A DNA stretch of 63,234 bases, filler included, from Folioceros fuciformis (GCA_049999805.1; 7 parts of 7 records of this genome joined end to end with filler, not necessarily neighbours in it); one strand, 5' to 3'. Positions 1 to 14,670 are shown, counted from the whole stretch's first letter. A program made the numbers and translations. Notes: generated from the letters alone by a model not told the origin.

Positions 1-565
1 AAACTTCAATCAATTCAGCAATTCTGACCGCAAAACTGTCTAACCATGTCTCATGTTTGATCTGGTTGTCCAGCGAACGCCTGAGGAGGAACTCAATGGA
101 TTCAAGGCGAGAAATTAGTGTCGATAGCACAGCGTCAGATATTTTATGTGTGAAATTTTGCGAACAACTTTGCTTGAATGAAATCCAGTATTATATCGCC
201 TCTGAATCACCAAAGTAACCCTAAGCCGCCCTATCTACTAACTTGATCCGGCCTACTAAGATCACAGCGCTGTCTCCACAAAAACTGAGGCAGCAAATCC
301 TCATAGGGCCGCCTCCCACCTCATGCCATTGAACCAGCAACTCAGAATCATCAAACACTAGCGTGAATTTTCCCTTGAATTCCTCATTAAAAAAAAAACT
401 AAACACAAAAACATCTACATGAGATGTTTATTCCCAATCATATATAGACACAGCTTATATATGCACAAATATCAATAACCAAGGACTAGAAAAGCCATCA
501 CCAATAATCAACAACATTTTTCAAGGTCCAGGTAATTTTTGTGTCTAAAAAAAATAAAAGACGAT

Positions 566-583
566 GGCTCTTATACCATGTCA
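566..583 (-). mobile_element. LTR end / tRNA-iMet primer-binding-site junction remnant
   Basis: Minus strand reads TGACA-TGGTATAAGAGCC, i.e. an LTR 3' CA followed by a near-canonical TGGTATCAGAGC PBS. Confidence 0.4.
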
Positions 584-833
584 AAGTTGTGGAAGCATGA
601 AAATCTAAAATAGAATAATTATCAAAGTATTACAAAATTGGTATTTTAAAGATCTATGACTAACCCTGGTTAACTAACCCATATCTAGTTAAATAATCCA
701 TGTTGGGTTAATCCCATTAATGAGAAGTGCAGCTTTTCTTTTGCTTGTTTCACTATACATGGCTCTAAAGTACTAGCTCATGTTAAACCAAGCTGATTTG
801 CTCTGCTAGGAGAAATGAAATTATGTATTGCTG

Positions 834-2528
834 CTAGATCAACATCTTTGCTTCTTCACGATTCATACATCCTTCTATATACAGGAGCTCTCCACCTACC
901 CTATGAATCTTGAGACTCACCACATGTAGCCAATGCAACAGGTGGCCAATCCCATCACTTGGGATTCTTAGATCCAAATATTTATTTAATCCCAAGTCGT
1001 TGGGGCTATGGGTTATCATGAACAACATTCAAAGTTTTTTTGAGCATTTGGGAATTCATTTGCATAATGTCCTAGCTTTCCATAAGAAAAACAAACTCCT
1101 TTTTTAGAACCCATTGTTGATTTCTTCCACGGAAATTCCCTTTACAGTTGCCAAATGTACTTCCTTCATTGTCCTTGGGAATTCCTCTGCCAGCACTATT
1201 AGAAGAAACTCTAGTCTGCATATACCATCCACGGGTATTACCTTGAAATCTTCATGAGGAGTTGGATGTGGTTGAATGAAAGATATTTGGGATAGCATCT
1301 ACCTATTATTATGGTCTCTGCCAAGGTCATTGGACTATACAGCTCAATTTTGTTAGCAGCCCAGTCCTTAGGCACTTACATATTCTTGTACAGTACATGT
1401 CTGCTTTATATTATCAAGCAACTGTCGACTCAAACGCGAAGCATTCGCAGGTTGGAACTACTTCTTGAAGGCTTCTTTAAAAGATGCCCAATCTGTAATG
1501 GCATCTTCGCCAAAATCTGTGATGGCATGTGCTCGATTACCCTAGGCTACATTAGCACAATAACTTCGCCACCACACCAAAGCATACCCTTTCAGGAAGT
1601 TACCCACAGTACCCAAGTAGCGCTTAGGCTAAAGGCTAGATGAGGCAAGATAGCTTTCAATCGAGTAAATCTAGGAATCAATATCTTGTAGATCCCGTAC
1701 TCCCTCATACTTATTTGGCATGACCAACTTAAAATTTGCTCTTAGAACTACTTTGAAGATATGAAAAGGGTCTTGATTGTCTTCTACTTCCTCATTTCAT
1801 AGAGCTGTAAGCTGTGGACCCTTCCTTGCCTTGTTCCCCCGGATGTTGTCAAATCTTGAAGAACTTCAGGCAATACTTCGAAAAGAATTTGTCGTAAAGT
1901 GACCATCATCTATGTCTTCTAATCTTTAGATTTTTTTCTCAATGATCCTACTGAGCTAGTATGAAGCATCTCCTCGTCTTGATTCTCTTCAAGTTTTTGA
2001 GGTGGGGGATCACAAGAAACCGCCTGAATCTACATCCTCTAGCGCTAAGCCATCTTGGAAGAATAGACCTTACTCTAATACTAACTAAGTAACGCCCCCT
2101 TTCTTATGCGGCATAGAAGGAAGCAGCGGCTTCGAATCTCGTCTATTCACTCCACATTGCTCCACTTACAAATCACTCAACTCCCTCTCACATGACTCAA
2201 CACTAGGCTCCATGTAGCCCGCTATCCACTGATGACTCGCAGACCACCCTCTCTAGGTGTTGCTCTTTATTCAAGATACTTACCAAAAGAGTTTAGCAAT
2301 CTCCACCTCATTGGCTACTGCCCTTTACTCAATGAGACAAGCTTGCTCTTCAAGCCCTCCACAACTATTTCTCAACATTAGACTTTTCACTATCTACCTC
2401 TTTGTGTCTCACGGCCTTAGCTCTAGCTTTTTTACACTCCACAACTAAGCCACTCCTAAAGCTAGGAAATCGTACACACCACTCATCTCAAAATACTAGT
2501 GGTCATTATAACTCCAATCCTTCTAACA
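834..2528 (-). mobile_element. Degenerate Ty3/Gypsy element (5' LTR ~2089-2528, decayed PBS, gag and probable protease remnants)
   Basis: Minus-strand translation gives FLKGYALVWWRS...DWASFKEAFKK*FQP...QTCTVQEYV (retrotransposon gag) with stops. Decayed PBS TAGTATTAGAG at ~2074-2084; putative LTR start TGTTAG at 2528. Confidence 0.65.
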
Positions 2529-2868
2529 AGGTTTTGCCATAGGCCTTGTAACTTTCATCTTATTTCATTTATGCTATTATTATTATTATTATTATTATGT
2601 GTAGCTATAATATGAATTCGGTACGTATCGCTACTGAGATCATCAAAGTTGTACATAGTTTGCCCTGTTGCGGAAGGAGGTAGCGTCTGGAGACATACAT
2701 ATATGTATGTACGTTTGTACATCAGCAGGATGTTCTATCGAAGTTGCCGATTGCATACTTGAGCGGAGTGTTGTGTTCTACCGTGTAGGTCAGAGCTCCC
2801 TGAGCTTGGATTTGACAGACGAACTTCTGGCCGTCATTGGATTGTGGTAGGAGAAGTGAATCTATGCA

Positions 2869-5097
2869 ATGCCGCGGAAAACGGATTCGGGCGCGCAGTC
2901 CAAAGGATCCAAGCAGCAGCTGAGCAAGAATTCAGTATCGGAGAACACGGCGTCTGCCAAGAGAGCTTCCGTGAACGTTTCCGCCTTCCTCAGCAGCTTG
3001 GAGAGCAAGTCGGCGGCGGGCAAAGGAGCGGCCGCTCCCAAAGCCAGGGCCAAGCCGACTCCTGCCAAGGCCAACGCCTACACCGCTGACATCGACTTGC
3101 CGCCTTCGGATGATGAGGCGGAGGATGTGGTGCCACCCCCGGTGGTTGAGGATCTGACCGGCTTGTCGGCTCAGCGCAGGGCCGCCAGGAGCCACGGAGC
3201 ATTGGATCTCACTGCCTCCGATAGGGAGCTCAAGAAGCGGGAGAAGAAGGAGGGTGTGCAGGCGCTGGCTGCGGAGCACGCTAAGCAGGAGGCGCTGAAG
3301 GATGACAGGAGTGCGTTCTCTGTGGTGATCGGGGCAAAAGCTGCTGCTTTGGAGGCAGATGACGGTGGCGCGGCTGATGCTAATGCCAAGGACATCAAGA
3401 TTGACAGCTTCTCGGTGTCGGCCAGGGGTAAGGAGTTGTTGAAGAACACAGGGCTCACCATTGTGCATGGCAGAAGGTATGGCTTGGTGGGCCCGAATGG
3501 CAAGGGGAAGTCCACGCTGTTGAAGCTGCTGGCATGGCGGCAGATTCCCGTGCCTAAGAACATAGATGTGCTGCTGGTGGAGCAAGAGGTGGTTGGAGAT
3601 GAGCGCACGGCTTTAGAGGCTGTGGTGTCTGCGGATGAGGAGCTGGTGAGGTTGCGGGATGAGGCTGCCAAGTTGCAGGCTCTATCGTTGGAGGAGGAAG
3701 ATAAGAGTGAAGGGGAGGCGGATGAGGAGGGCCATGAGCGTAGCACAGCTGACAAGCTTACGGCCGTGTACGACAAGTTGCAGGCCATGGGGTCGGATGC
3801 GGCTGAGGCCAGAGCAAGTAAGATTCTGGCAGGGTTGGGGTTCACCAAGGATATGCAGAAGCGGTCTACCAAATCGTTTAGCGGAGGATGGAGAATGAGG
3901 ATATCCCTTGCCCGGGCCCTATTTGTGCAGCCCACGCTGCTGTTGCTGGATGAGCCTACAAATCACTTGGATTTAAGGGCTGTCATTTGGCTTGAGGAAT
4001 ATTTGATGCGGTGGAAGAAGACACTGATAGTGGTTTCTCACGACAGGGATTTTCTAAACTCTGTGTCCACGGACATTATCCACCTTCATGACGAGAAGCT
4101 TCATTTCTACAAAGGTAATTTTGGTGCTTTCGAGGACATGTATGAACAGAAAAGGCGGGAGAACAACAAGAAGGCTGAGGTGTTTGAGAAGCAGCTCAAG
4201 GCTGCCAAGCGGTCGGGGAGCAAAGCCCAGCAAGATAAGGTGAAAGATAGAGCGAAAATGGCAGCGGGGAAGGAGGCTAGGGCTAAGGGAAAATCCAAAT
4301 CTGGAGCATCTGTGGAGGATGACGAATCCACGGTGGAAGCTCCTCGCAAATGGCGTGATTACACGGTGCAGTTTCATTTCCCTGAACCTACAGAGTTGAC
4401 GCCTCCCTTGCTCCAACTTATGGACGTCAGTTTCAAGTATCCTGGAAGGGATGACTTCAGCTTAAATGGCATCGATGTTGGGGTGGACATGGGTACTCGT
4501 GTCGCTATCGTGGGACCAAATGGTGCAGGCAAGTCTACGCTGTTGAATCTGCTTGCTGGCGACTTGCAGCCGACAGAGGGGCATTCAAGACAGAGCCAAA
4601 AGCTGAGGATAGGAAGGTACTCCCAGCATTTCGTGGATCTGTTGACCATGGATGAGACGCCGGTGCAGTATTTGCTCAGGTTGTACCCTGACCAAGAAGG
4701 CCCCAGCAAGCAAGAGGCAGTGAGGTCAAAGCTAGGGAAGTTTGGGCTCCCAAGCCACAATCATGTGAGCCCCATTGTGAAGCTCTCTGGTGGTCAGAAG
4801 GCCAGGGTTGTTTTCACATCCATCTCGATGGCTCGGCCTCACATTTTGCTCCTGGACGAGCCAACGAATCACTTGGATATGCAGAGTATTGATGCATTAG
4901 CGGATGCTTTGGACGAGTTCACGGGTGGTGTGGTTTTAGTCAGTCATGATTCCCGTCTGATTTCGCGCGTCTGTGAAGATGAAGAGAAGAGTGAGATCTG
5001 GCTCGTGGAGGATGGGACTGTCCGCAAGTATCCAGGGAGCTTTGACGAGTATAAAACTGAACTAATTAAGGAGATTGTGGCAGAAGTAGACGAGTAG
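2869..5097 (+). CDS. ABCF4: ABC-F family soluble ATPase (ABCF4 / ABC50-like), intronless, 742 aa
   Basis: Two ABC domains (GPNGKGKST, FSGGWRMR, LLLLDEPTNHLD; GPNGAGKST, LSGGQKAR, ILLLDEPTNHLD), no transmembrane domain, K/acidic N-terminal extension. Confidence 0.95.
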   Translation: MPRKTDSGAQSKGSKQQLSKNSVSENTASAKRASVNVSAFLSSLESKSAAGKGAAAPKARAKPTPAKANAYTADIDLPPSDDEAEDVVPPPVVEDLTGLSAQRRAARSHGALDLTASDRELKKREKKEGVQALAAEHAKQEALKDDRSAFSVVIGAKAAALEADDGGAADANAKDIKIDSFSVSARGKELLKNTGLTIVHGRRYGLVGPNGKGKSTLLKLLAWRQIPVPKNIDVLLVEQEVVGDERTALEAVVSADEELVRLRDEAAKLQALSLEEEDKSEGEADEEGHERSTADKLTAVYDKLQAMGSDAAEARASKILAGLGFTKDMQKRSTKSFSGGWRMRISLARALFVQPTLLLLDEPTNHLDLRAVIWLEEYLMRWKKTLIVVSHDRDFLNSVSTDIIHLHDEKLHFYKGNFGAFEDMYEQKRRENNKKAEVFEKQLKAAKRSGSKAQQDKVKDRAKMAAGKEARAKGKSKSGASVEDDESTVEAPRKWRDYTVQFHFPEPTELTPPLLQLMDVSFKYPGRDDFSLNGIDVGVDMGTRVAIVGPNGAGKSTLLNLLAGDLQPTEGHSRQSQKLRIGRYSQHFVDLLTMDETPVQYLLRLYPDQEGPSKQEAVRSKLGKFGLPSHNHVSPIVKLSGGQKARVVFTSISMARPHILLLDEPTNHLDMQSIDALADALDEFTGGVVLVSHDSRLISRVCEDEEKSEIWLVEDGTVRKYPGSFDEYKTELIKEIVAEVDE

Positions 5098-5425
5098 AGG
5101 GAGAAGCTATCTTATTTCCTTGTAATCCAGTCAAGCAGGGGACTTGTCAATCCAGTGCTAACAATACTACCTACAGTAGTTGGAACGAGATCAAGACGTC
5201 TAGTTCATTGTCCCTTCCTTTTCGGACAGTCACAGCTGTGTCTACAGTCCACCCGATTCTGGAAGAGTGGACGTTTTTCTCCGAGCTTTCCTAGGGTCAG
5301 TTAGTTCCGGTGTTCCATACGGTTGGTGGTAACAGAAGAAGAGAACTCGCAACAAAGACGAGTAGTTGCTGTATTTGAAATGACTCAGAACATTTTCGAC
5401 ACCATCGACAGTCTGCTCAGTTGAA

Positions 5426-7653
<2,228 letters not shown>

Positions 7654-8363
7654 TACGGTCCCCCGACCTTGGTGAACTCTATCTGTGGTCCCCAAATGGT
7701 CAAGCGTCAACTGGAAATAAAGTGGTGCTCGGAGCAAACTCACAAACGACGGCGACTTGCTGAGAAAGATTTTATTTAAACTAAATGTTTTTACTTGTAT
7801 GCGTGGTTGCTCAAAAGTGGGTGGCATTACAAACTTCTTATTATGGTAAAGGAAAAACATTTAGCTTAAAAGTTGCTAATCAAACCTATCATGCTCTAAA
7901 ATAATCAATCATACTAGTTTGTAATTATAATACTTTTGAGATGATGATTAATCATGTAATTTTTATAGACTTAAAAACCCTATAATACATTCTAGCATCT
8001 AGTTAAGGAAAGCTCTGCCCGCCTCCTCACGTTTATGCCATCCTTTGTATACCTAGTATGGATGGCTTGATATTATGTTTTCTCCAATATTTTTAGTTTC
8101 TTAAAACTTCATTTAAAAAATTAAAATTATATAAATAGAATTATTTTTTTATTTAAAATATATTTTAATCATTTTTTTCACATAGGAAACAAAAGGGAAT
8201 AGGATTGAAGGTCCATTTGGAGAAACCCTTCATGGATAATATTCTGAATGGGGGAAGTAGGCTATACTTAATCCCACTTGTAGTTAGATTAAAAAGGAGT
8301 CTTTAACTATTCTAAATATATTATTTATAAATAATAAAAATACCAATGATATTTAGGTTTAGA

Positions 8364-8463
8364 NNNNNNNNNNNNNNNNNNNNNNNNNNNNNNNNNNNNN
8401 NNNNNNNTTAATTAATTAANNNNNNNNNNNNNNNNNNNNNNNNNNNNNNNNNNNNNNNNNNNN
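8364..8463. other. Assembly gap linker (N-run, TTAATTAATTAA, N-run); also at 23145-23244, 28515-28614, 41876-41975, 54905-55004 and 61102-61221
   Basis: The same six-frame-stop 12-mer flanked by N runs occurs six times. Confidence 0.97.
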
Positions 8464-8567
8464 GTTCTAAAGCTATCCCTCCTAAGCTAAATCACACGAG
8501 TACCAAGTGTGACTGTGATTTTTAAGCCTCGTAACCCTCGACATTGACTTTTCACACAGTCTTTCTT

Positions 8568-8684
8568 AATCCACTTGCATGAAGAAACACTTGGATAAGC
8601 TCCCTCAATCTACTTGCATAAAGAAACACTTGGATAAGCCCCCTCAATCCACTTGCATGAAGAAACACTTGGATAAGCTCCCTC
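8568..8684. repeat. 39-bp tandem repeat x3
   Basis: Unit AATCCACTTGCATGAAGAAACACTTGGATAAGCTCCCTC at 8568, 8607, 8646. Confidence 0.9.
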
Positions 8685-9603
8685 CATATCCAAAATACAA
8701 ATGAAGGAAAATAATGACGTTGTCGCGTTCAATTCGTGATGTGCCACTCAATGTTTCCAATATTTAATTTGGGCACGAACGATGTTGTCCATATCTTGTC
8801 CAATATGCATAACTAACAAATCTCCTAAGCGACCAGTCCTACAGCCGTGCCCATATTGTATCCCGTTGGTCCCCAATTCCTCTCAAGAGAATCAAGGGAA
8901 GAAGGGGGACCGGGATATGAGACTCTACGTTGGGTATCCACCATGCTTTCCCCTCTTCAGTGCATTTCCGGATTACAACCCCCACTTTCACAATTGTAGA
9001 ATATGAGTGCTCAAGTGCATTACAAAAACAGCAGCTTGGTTTTTACACTCCATTGCAAAAATGACGAAGAAGGTCGTCTCTTCTCATTTACCCCTCACTT
9101 CGAGGGTGTCATTGGCTTGTATTGTCTATGAACATGGTTGTCCTCTCCACACAACTAACACCTTATTGGCAAATTTGGATGGTCATGAACTTGTTGGATC
9201 ACTCTTTTACTATCCTTTGGATGACATAGCACAATGCCCTCTAGTAGCACAATGCCCGGATGAATTTGAGGCCCCATAGAGGAGAAACTCGCCAAATTAT
9301 CCTCTTGCTTAGCCAGAGTTCAACTGGAAGTGAAAGGAGCTGCCCTTTAGAATATGCACATACATGGGGTTATAATCCATTACACTTTTTACAAAGTCTT
9401 CTAAATCGACGATAGAAGCTTGACCACCCATAGCGTTGATGACTAGCAGGATAGCTTGGTAGTGCCTTCATGCATAGCCAATCCCCCAAAATAATTCGAC
9501 CAAGTCCTAGTGACACTAGTCTCACGAGGGCCAACACCTACCACGCTCCACTATTTTCGTGGCAATGAAACATCCCTATATAGATCCTCCGAGAGGGCAT
9601 ATC

Positions 9604-9765
9604 GTAGGTATACATTTGCATTCAAATCAAAGTCTCTTCTCCTCCTTGGGATTCTTCCCTTCGAAGCCAACACAATTACTCCTTGTAGGTATGCATTTGC
9701 ATTCAAATCAAAGTCTCTTCTCCTCCATGAGATTCTTCCCTTCGAAGCCAACACAATCACTCCCC
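9604..9765. repeat. 81-bp tandem duplication
   Basis: GTAGGTAT.CATTTGCATTCAAATCAAAGTCTC... starts at 9604 and again at 9685. Confidence 0.9.
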
Positions 9766-10067
9766 TTTGAACACCGAGTAGGTCAGCCAGCCACCGAGCC
9801 GCCTGACAGAGGGCTCTACGCTGTCGTCACTACGAAATCCGCAACTCTGGTCTCCGATCACCACTCACCCACGTTTTTCGAACCCCGTTATCGAATGTAC
9901 ATATGCACATACATTATAGATGGTCCCGACTTGCAGCTAGAAGCAACGGGCATTTTACGTAGGCGCAAATGGTCACTATGCTTTTGATGCGAGCACGGAA
10001 ACCAAAGCGCCAACTCACCATGGTAAGCATGTCACATCGCAGTGGTCATGCCATCACTCTCATCAAC

Positions 10068-10388
10068 GATCCACACTTGAGAAGTACCAAACTAAGTTGA
10101 TGAAAACAATTGATTTAGATTCCTTGACTACACTATAGGTGCAATGTTCATGGTGCTACATCCAACTACCGAGTTCTAGGCAAGGATCAACACATTGGAG
10201 ACTCTTCTTTTCAACCTGCTCATAGGGGTAGGGGGGAAGCCACCTCCAAGTAGGTGGCATGCAAATGTACAGCCAACATCTTGTTCTCGAGTGTGGTCAA
10301 CATGACATAAACTTGGTCTTGGCTTGCCACTATCTCGATTCTACCAAAACTTTTGATAAAACAATTGAAACTCTTGATAAAACAATTG
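10068..10388 (-). pseudogene. Duplicated 3' end of the F-box gene (copy of 14583-14887)
   Basis: About 310 bp of colinear similarity starting GATCCACACTTGA at both loci; encodes NCFIKSFGRIEIVASQDQVYVMLTTLENKMLAV. Confidence 0.85.
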
Positions 10389-10421
10389 TTGGGCAAGGGG
10401 ATTGAATTTCCAAACTCCTCC

Positions 10422-10542
10422 TGCGTCTACTCCCAGACCCATGAAAGTAAACAAGTTGGAGGAGGAAGTGGAGGAGCAGATGCGTCTACTCCCAGACCCA
10501 TGAAAGTAAACAAGTTGGAGGAGGAAGTGGAGGAGCAGATGC
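10422..10542. repeat. 59-bp perfect tandem duplication
   Basis: TGCGTCTACTCCCAGACCCATGAAAG... at 10422 and 10481. Confidence 0.9.
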
Positions 10543-11135
10543 AGGGGCTACAGCATGGAGGAGGCCCGACACCAGGCACCGGGTACCACCGGTATCCAGT
10601 ACCGGGTAGCAGCGTCCTCCCCTGGCTCGTCTGGGCTGTACTTGCACCCTCTTCTCCACCCACCAACACTAACGGGATGGCGTCAGGTGCGGGCCCCGCC
10701 CTACATCATTGGCACTCGCTCTCCGTCATCCAAAAAGAAAAGAAAGAGAATGAGGCATTAGGCAGCCAGTTGCTAGAGCTAGAGCCACGGAAATACCTTT
10801 ATATTAATTGCTCCGCTCCCTGGGCCGCCTAAACCCTAAACATAATTATAACCACTTCAAATATGCGTCGTACATACTTTTTCTTCTTCTTCTTTTTATC
10901 TAATTGGTTTAGAGCTCTTCCAACATTATGCACAAAAAGAGCTTTGGTTAGGGTTACCCATTAAGATGCTTCTCTTCTCTTTTGTACTAGTTCATTCCTT
11001 CCCCATCATCTCCACGTGTAAATCATAGATTCTATTCCTTCTCTTCAAACATTGTCCGCCATCTTGGGCTGAGGTGGGCCATGACCAGCTTGAAGAAAAA
11101 GAGAATATAACAAGGAGAATATGAAATACATATGT

Positions 11136-12893
11136 TGTCGTGAAGCGTGAAAAGTTTGGGACTACCAGTGTCCCGAGTATGAGGTTGTCCCAGGGCAACT
11201 CCACCAATCTTAGCTGTGAGGATGATGGGACTACCTTGTCCCACCGCTAGGACATTCCCGACTGTGGAACTGCGATGTCCCAAAGCTGGGACAATCCCGA
11301 CAATCTCGGTTGTGGGACTGCCATGTCCCATGGCTGGGAGAGTCCTGGTTGCGGCTCCCTTGCCTCCTGTTACTTGCCCACTTATTGGCAGTCTAGTATT
11401 CGGGATTGCTGTAGCCCGAATTGGGCCAAAGTTGGGACTGCCATGGTCTTAAGTTATAATGTATGCAAGTTTTAAATATCAAGTTAATGATCTACATGTA
11501 GAGAGAAAAAATAAGTCTCTCTACACATAGTTATGGGGTTGCCATTGTCAACACATGATCATATTTAAAACATCGTTGGGACAGTCTTGGTTGCGGCTCC
11601 CTTGCCTCCTGTTACCTGCCCACTTATCGACAGTTCAGTATTCGGGATTGCTGTAGCCTGAATTGGGCTTAAGTTTCGGCAATCCAGAGTGTGAGTCTGC
11701 CACAAAGGGTCCCCCTTGCAAAGAATGTTGGGAGAGCATCTGCTCCTAAAAGGGATCCGCTGCGCAATGACAGAAATCAAGAGATTTCTTGAAGATTTCT
11801 TGGCTAGCCCATTTTGCGCTGGCTGGGATCCTATAAATCGAGCCTTGCGCCTTGTAGGGAAGCACGCGTTGAGCTAAAAAAACACAGATTTGATGGATCT
11901 TGGATTTCCATATTGCAAGGGTTCACAAAGTGCTTTCCTCCCTAACCGCAACGCGCTCCAAGCACGATTTAGAAGACTCCCCTCTGTTCCTTGCCCCACG
12001 GTCCTCATTCTCGCGCTTGCCATCATCTCCACGCTCCGCCCAACTTGATTCCCAGCTAATGTTTGCGCCATGATGCGAAAGCAACTCTCACACTTGGTGT
12101 TGCTCCTCCCACGTTGATCAGTTGCCTTGTTTGGGTTCACACCTAAACTAAGTTGCTTTTTCTAGCCTACTTAGTTATCCGTTTGTAACGGATCTATTTC
12201 CTATAACTAGTATTTAAAGGAAATGAATCCTTGGACTATGGACCAATCAAAATAAAGGATATGTTTTCATGTCCTTGGTTAATGAAATTGCTTAACCAAA
12301 CGTAGTTCAAAAAAGCAAGCATATATCAAATTCACATTCTTTGCATGCGTACCATAGTTCTTGTGTCTTGACGTTGGGCTGGTGGCTGCAACAATCACGG
12401 CAATCCCGGCTGTGGGATTGCCATGTCCCATGGTTGGGACAGTCCCTGCTATCCCGTCTGTGGGATTGCCATGTCCCGTGGCTGGGATAGTCCCTGCTAT
12501 CCTGGTTGTGGGACTCCCATGTCCCATGGCTGGGACAGTCCCGGCCATCCCGACTGTGGGACTACCACGTCCCATGGCTGGGTCAGTCCCGGCTATCTCG
12601 GTTGTGGGACTACCATGTCCCATGGTTGGGTCAGTCCCGACAGTCCCGGCTGTGGGACTGCCATGTCCCATGGTTGGGACAGTCTCGGCTATCCCGGCTG
12701 TGGGACTACCATGTCCCATGGCTGGGACAGTCCCGGCTACCCCAGCTGTGGGACTACCATGTCCCATGGCTGGGACAGTCCCGACTACCCTGGCTATGGG
12801 ACTACCATGTCCCATGGCTGGGACAGGTCCGACTGTCCCGGCTGTGGGACTGCCATGTCCCATGTCTGGCACGGTCTTGGCAACCTCCTGACA
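11136..12893 (+). mobile_element. Probable solo LTR (~1.76 kb) with internal GGGAC/GTCCC repeats
   Basis: Termini TGTC...GACA, flanked by a 4-bp direct repeat ATGT (11132-11135, 12894-12897); internal CCTATAAAT box at ~11830; no coding homology recognised. Confidence 0.6.
12400..12865. repeat. 48-bp tandem array (~10 copies) with nested inverted repeats; degenerate copies at 11150-11450 and 11575-11670
   Basis: Consensus about GCTGTGGGACTACCATGTCCCATGGCTGGGACAGTCCCGGCTATCCCG, which explains the 16-aa periodic ORFs on both strands. Confidence 0.92.
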
Positions 12894-13151
12894 ATGTTCT
12901 AGTCATCCACGGAGGACGAGTGACCGCAAGAGATACATCCTTGCTTTGGGAATCTCTTCCATGAGTGAGGAGGAGGTGCAATGCCCTTCCTTCTTCATGT
13001 CCTCACGTGTACCTCATGCGTACGTACGTGCAACTTTTTTCTTCCATGAGTGATCCATTCATTTTTTTGGAATGTACATTCCTTTGCATCTCGCTTTCTT
13101 GAGCGGTCACTTTCTCACCATATGATACATATACAAGTTAGGCTTGCTATT

Positions 13152-14125
13152 GCAACCACATGTGCCACAGGCGAGATCTGGCTACCAAGTTGGCAAGTGT
13201 GCGTGTCGCTCCACTCCCATCCGAGCTACTAGGGTGACTAAACCACGGTTGAGTTCAGAAAGACTTAGCACTAATGCTATGCTGAGGGGTTTTGGACGTT
13301 GGCATGTGCACGCAAATATGCGCTCCAAGAGCTTCTCGTGATCGATGAAGTTTAACCTACTACCTAGCTTTGTGAACCTGGTCGATCGCTTAAGCTTTGA
13401 TCAGAGTTATGATACACAGCCCCCTCCAGCTTCACGGTCTACACGTGCAGAAGGGTGATGTGAGGGAAACCTACAATGTCCTGCGGACAGTGCTAGTGCC
13501 TGTTTTTGGTTGGGCCAGCTTGCCATGAATTTACGCAGCTTCCAATTTTTAGCATACACAATGATCAAGATAGGGGCCTCATTGGATGTGCAGGCCCGGA
13601 GATCCCAATGATGTCAGCTCCTTGGCCCCTTGTAAGACAAGAGCCAAGGCTTGACCTAAATAAGTAGGCAGCTCAGGTGTTGGAATGACTAAATATGGTT
13701 GTTTTGCATCTACACCATTAAATTCGTGTATTTTGATGAATAATGATTAGCTTCGGAGCTCCTGACGTGCGAAAATCAATTCTTGCAAGTAGAGGGGAGC
13801 AATCTGCATCCACATCAATGGCCTGGTTCTCCATGCGCTGCCTAGTTCTCAATTGCATGCGAGTCTCACCCCAAGCAGTGGCTTGCAAGGCCGCGAGCCC
13901 ACCTTGGGCCTCCCACAATTTTATTTGGAGGTGTAGTCGTGTGGTTAGATATCAAAGCACGTAGAGGGGTCGTTCAAAGTAGGTAGAGGGATTGTTCAGC
14001 ATAGGAGTGAGCAAGACCTACTACACACAAAACCCGGCAACCGCATGTACAGCAGGCAAGATCTGGCTACCAAGTTGGTAGGTGTCGCTCCAGTCCCATC
14101 CGGGCTACTATGGTGAGTAAACCAC
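13152..14125. repeat. ~90-95 bp direct repeats (13152-13246 and 14037-14125) flanking ~790 bp of unidentified DNA
   Basis: Both copies read GCAACC.CATGT...AGATCTGGCTACCAAGTTGG...GTGTCGCTCCA.TCCCATCCG.GCTACTA.GGTGA.TAAACCAC. Confidence 0.8.
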
Positions 14126-14670
14126 CGTTTGCAATGCAAAACACTGGTGCTTTCGGGGAGGGTGTGTTTCTACTACAACCTTGCTCAATGTCATGGGCTT
14201 GAATTCAAATCCATCGCCTTTACACCCGGCCTCTTCCATCCCCCCCTTCTCCATGCCCACCCCCCCCCTCAAGCGGGCCACCCTAAAAGCTTCCAAACTT
14301 TGACTGATATAAGAAATGAAGAAATACATATGAGCGTCCTATATATCCCTTCTAAGCAATCAATTGCAAAGTTCAGTCTAACAAACAACAACACTCGAAG
14401 GTACCGAACTCACTTTTATTAGTCCAAGATTCCTAGACTCTATCTTACTATAGTGCTACTTAATCTATCTAACTTCTAAATTCTAGCCACGGATCCCTAT
14501 TTATTTGTAGTGATAAAAAAACACTAGAATTAATCCTAAACTACCTAGACTGATGTGCATGCTAAATCCAATTGCCACCAAGGATCCACACTTGACAAGT
14601 ACTAGACTAAGTTGATGAAAACACTTAGTTTAGATTCCTTGACTACACTATAGCTGCAATGTTAATGGTG

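Larger units (their letters stand above)
8520..9800 (-). mobile_element. Degenerate LINE (L1-like) ORF1 remnant
   Basis: Minus-strand GGQASIVDLEDFVKSVMDYNPMYVHILKGSSFHFQ aligns by eye with the LINE ORF1 at 27038 (GGLPSVGEMEAWVTQVTGCPPAYVFLKEDGSF). Followed by VPLLPLILLRGIG; many stops. Boundaries approximate. Confidence 0.55.

Noticed and set aside
1-400. Coding-like minus-strand frame (…ISDAVLSTLISRLESIEFLL…)
   Set aside because: Contains stops, has no recognisable family and is cut by the window edge.
8364-8463. Recurrent TTAATTAATTAA palindrome as a biological motif
   Set aside because: Always embedded in N runs; it is an assembly linker with stops in all six frames.
12279-12964. 150-200 aa repeat-protein ORFs on both strands
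   Set aside because: By-product of a largely stop-free 48-bp tandem unit inside a probable LTR; no non-repetitive coding context.
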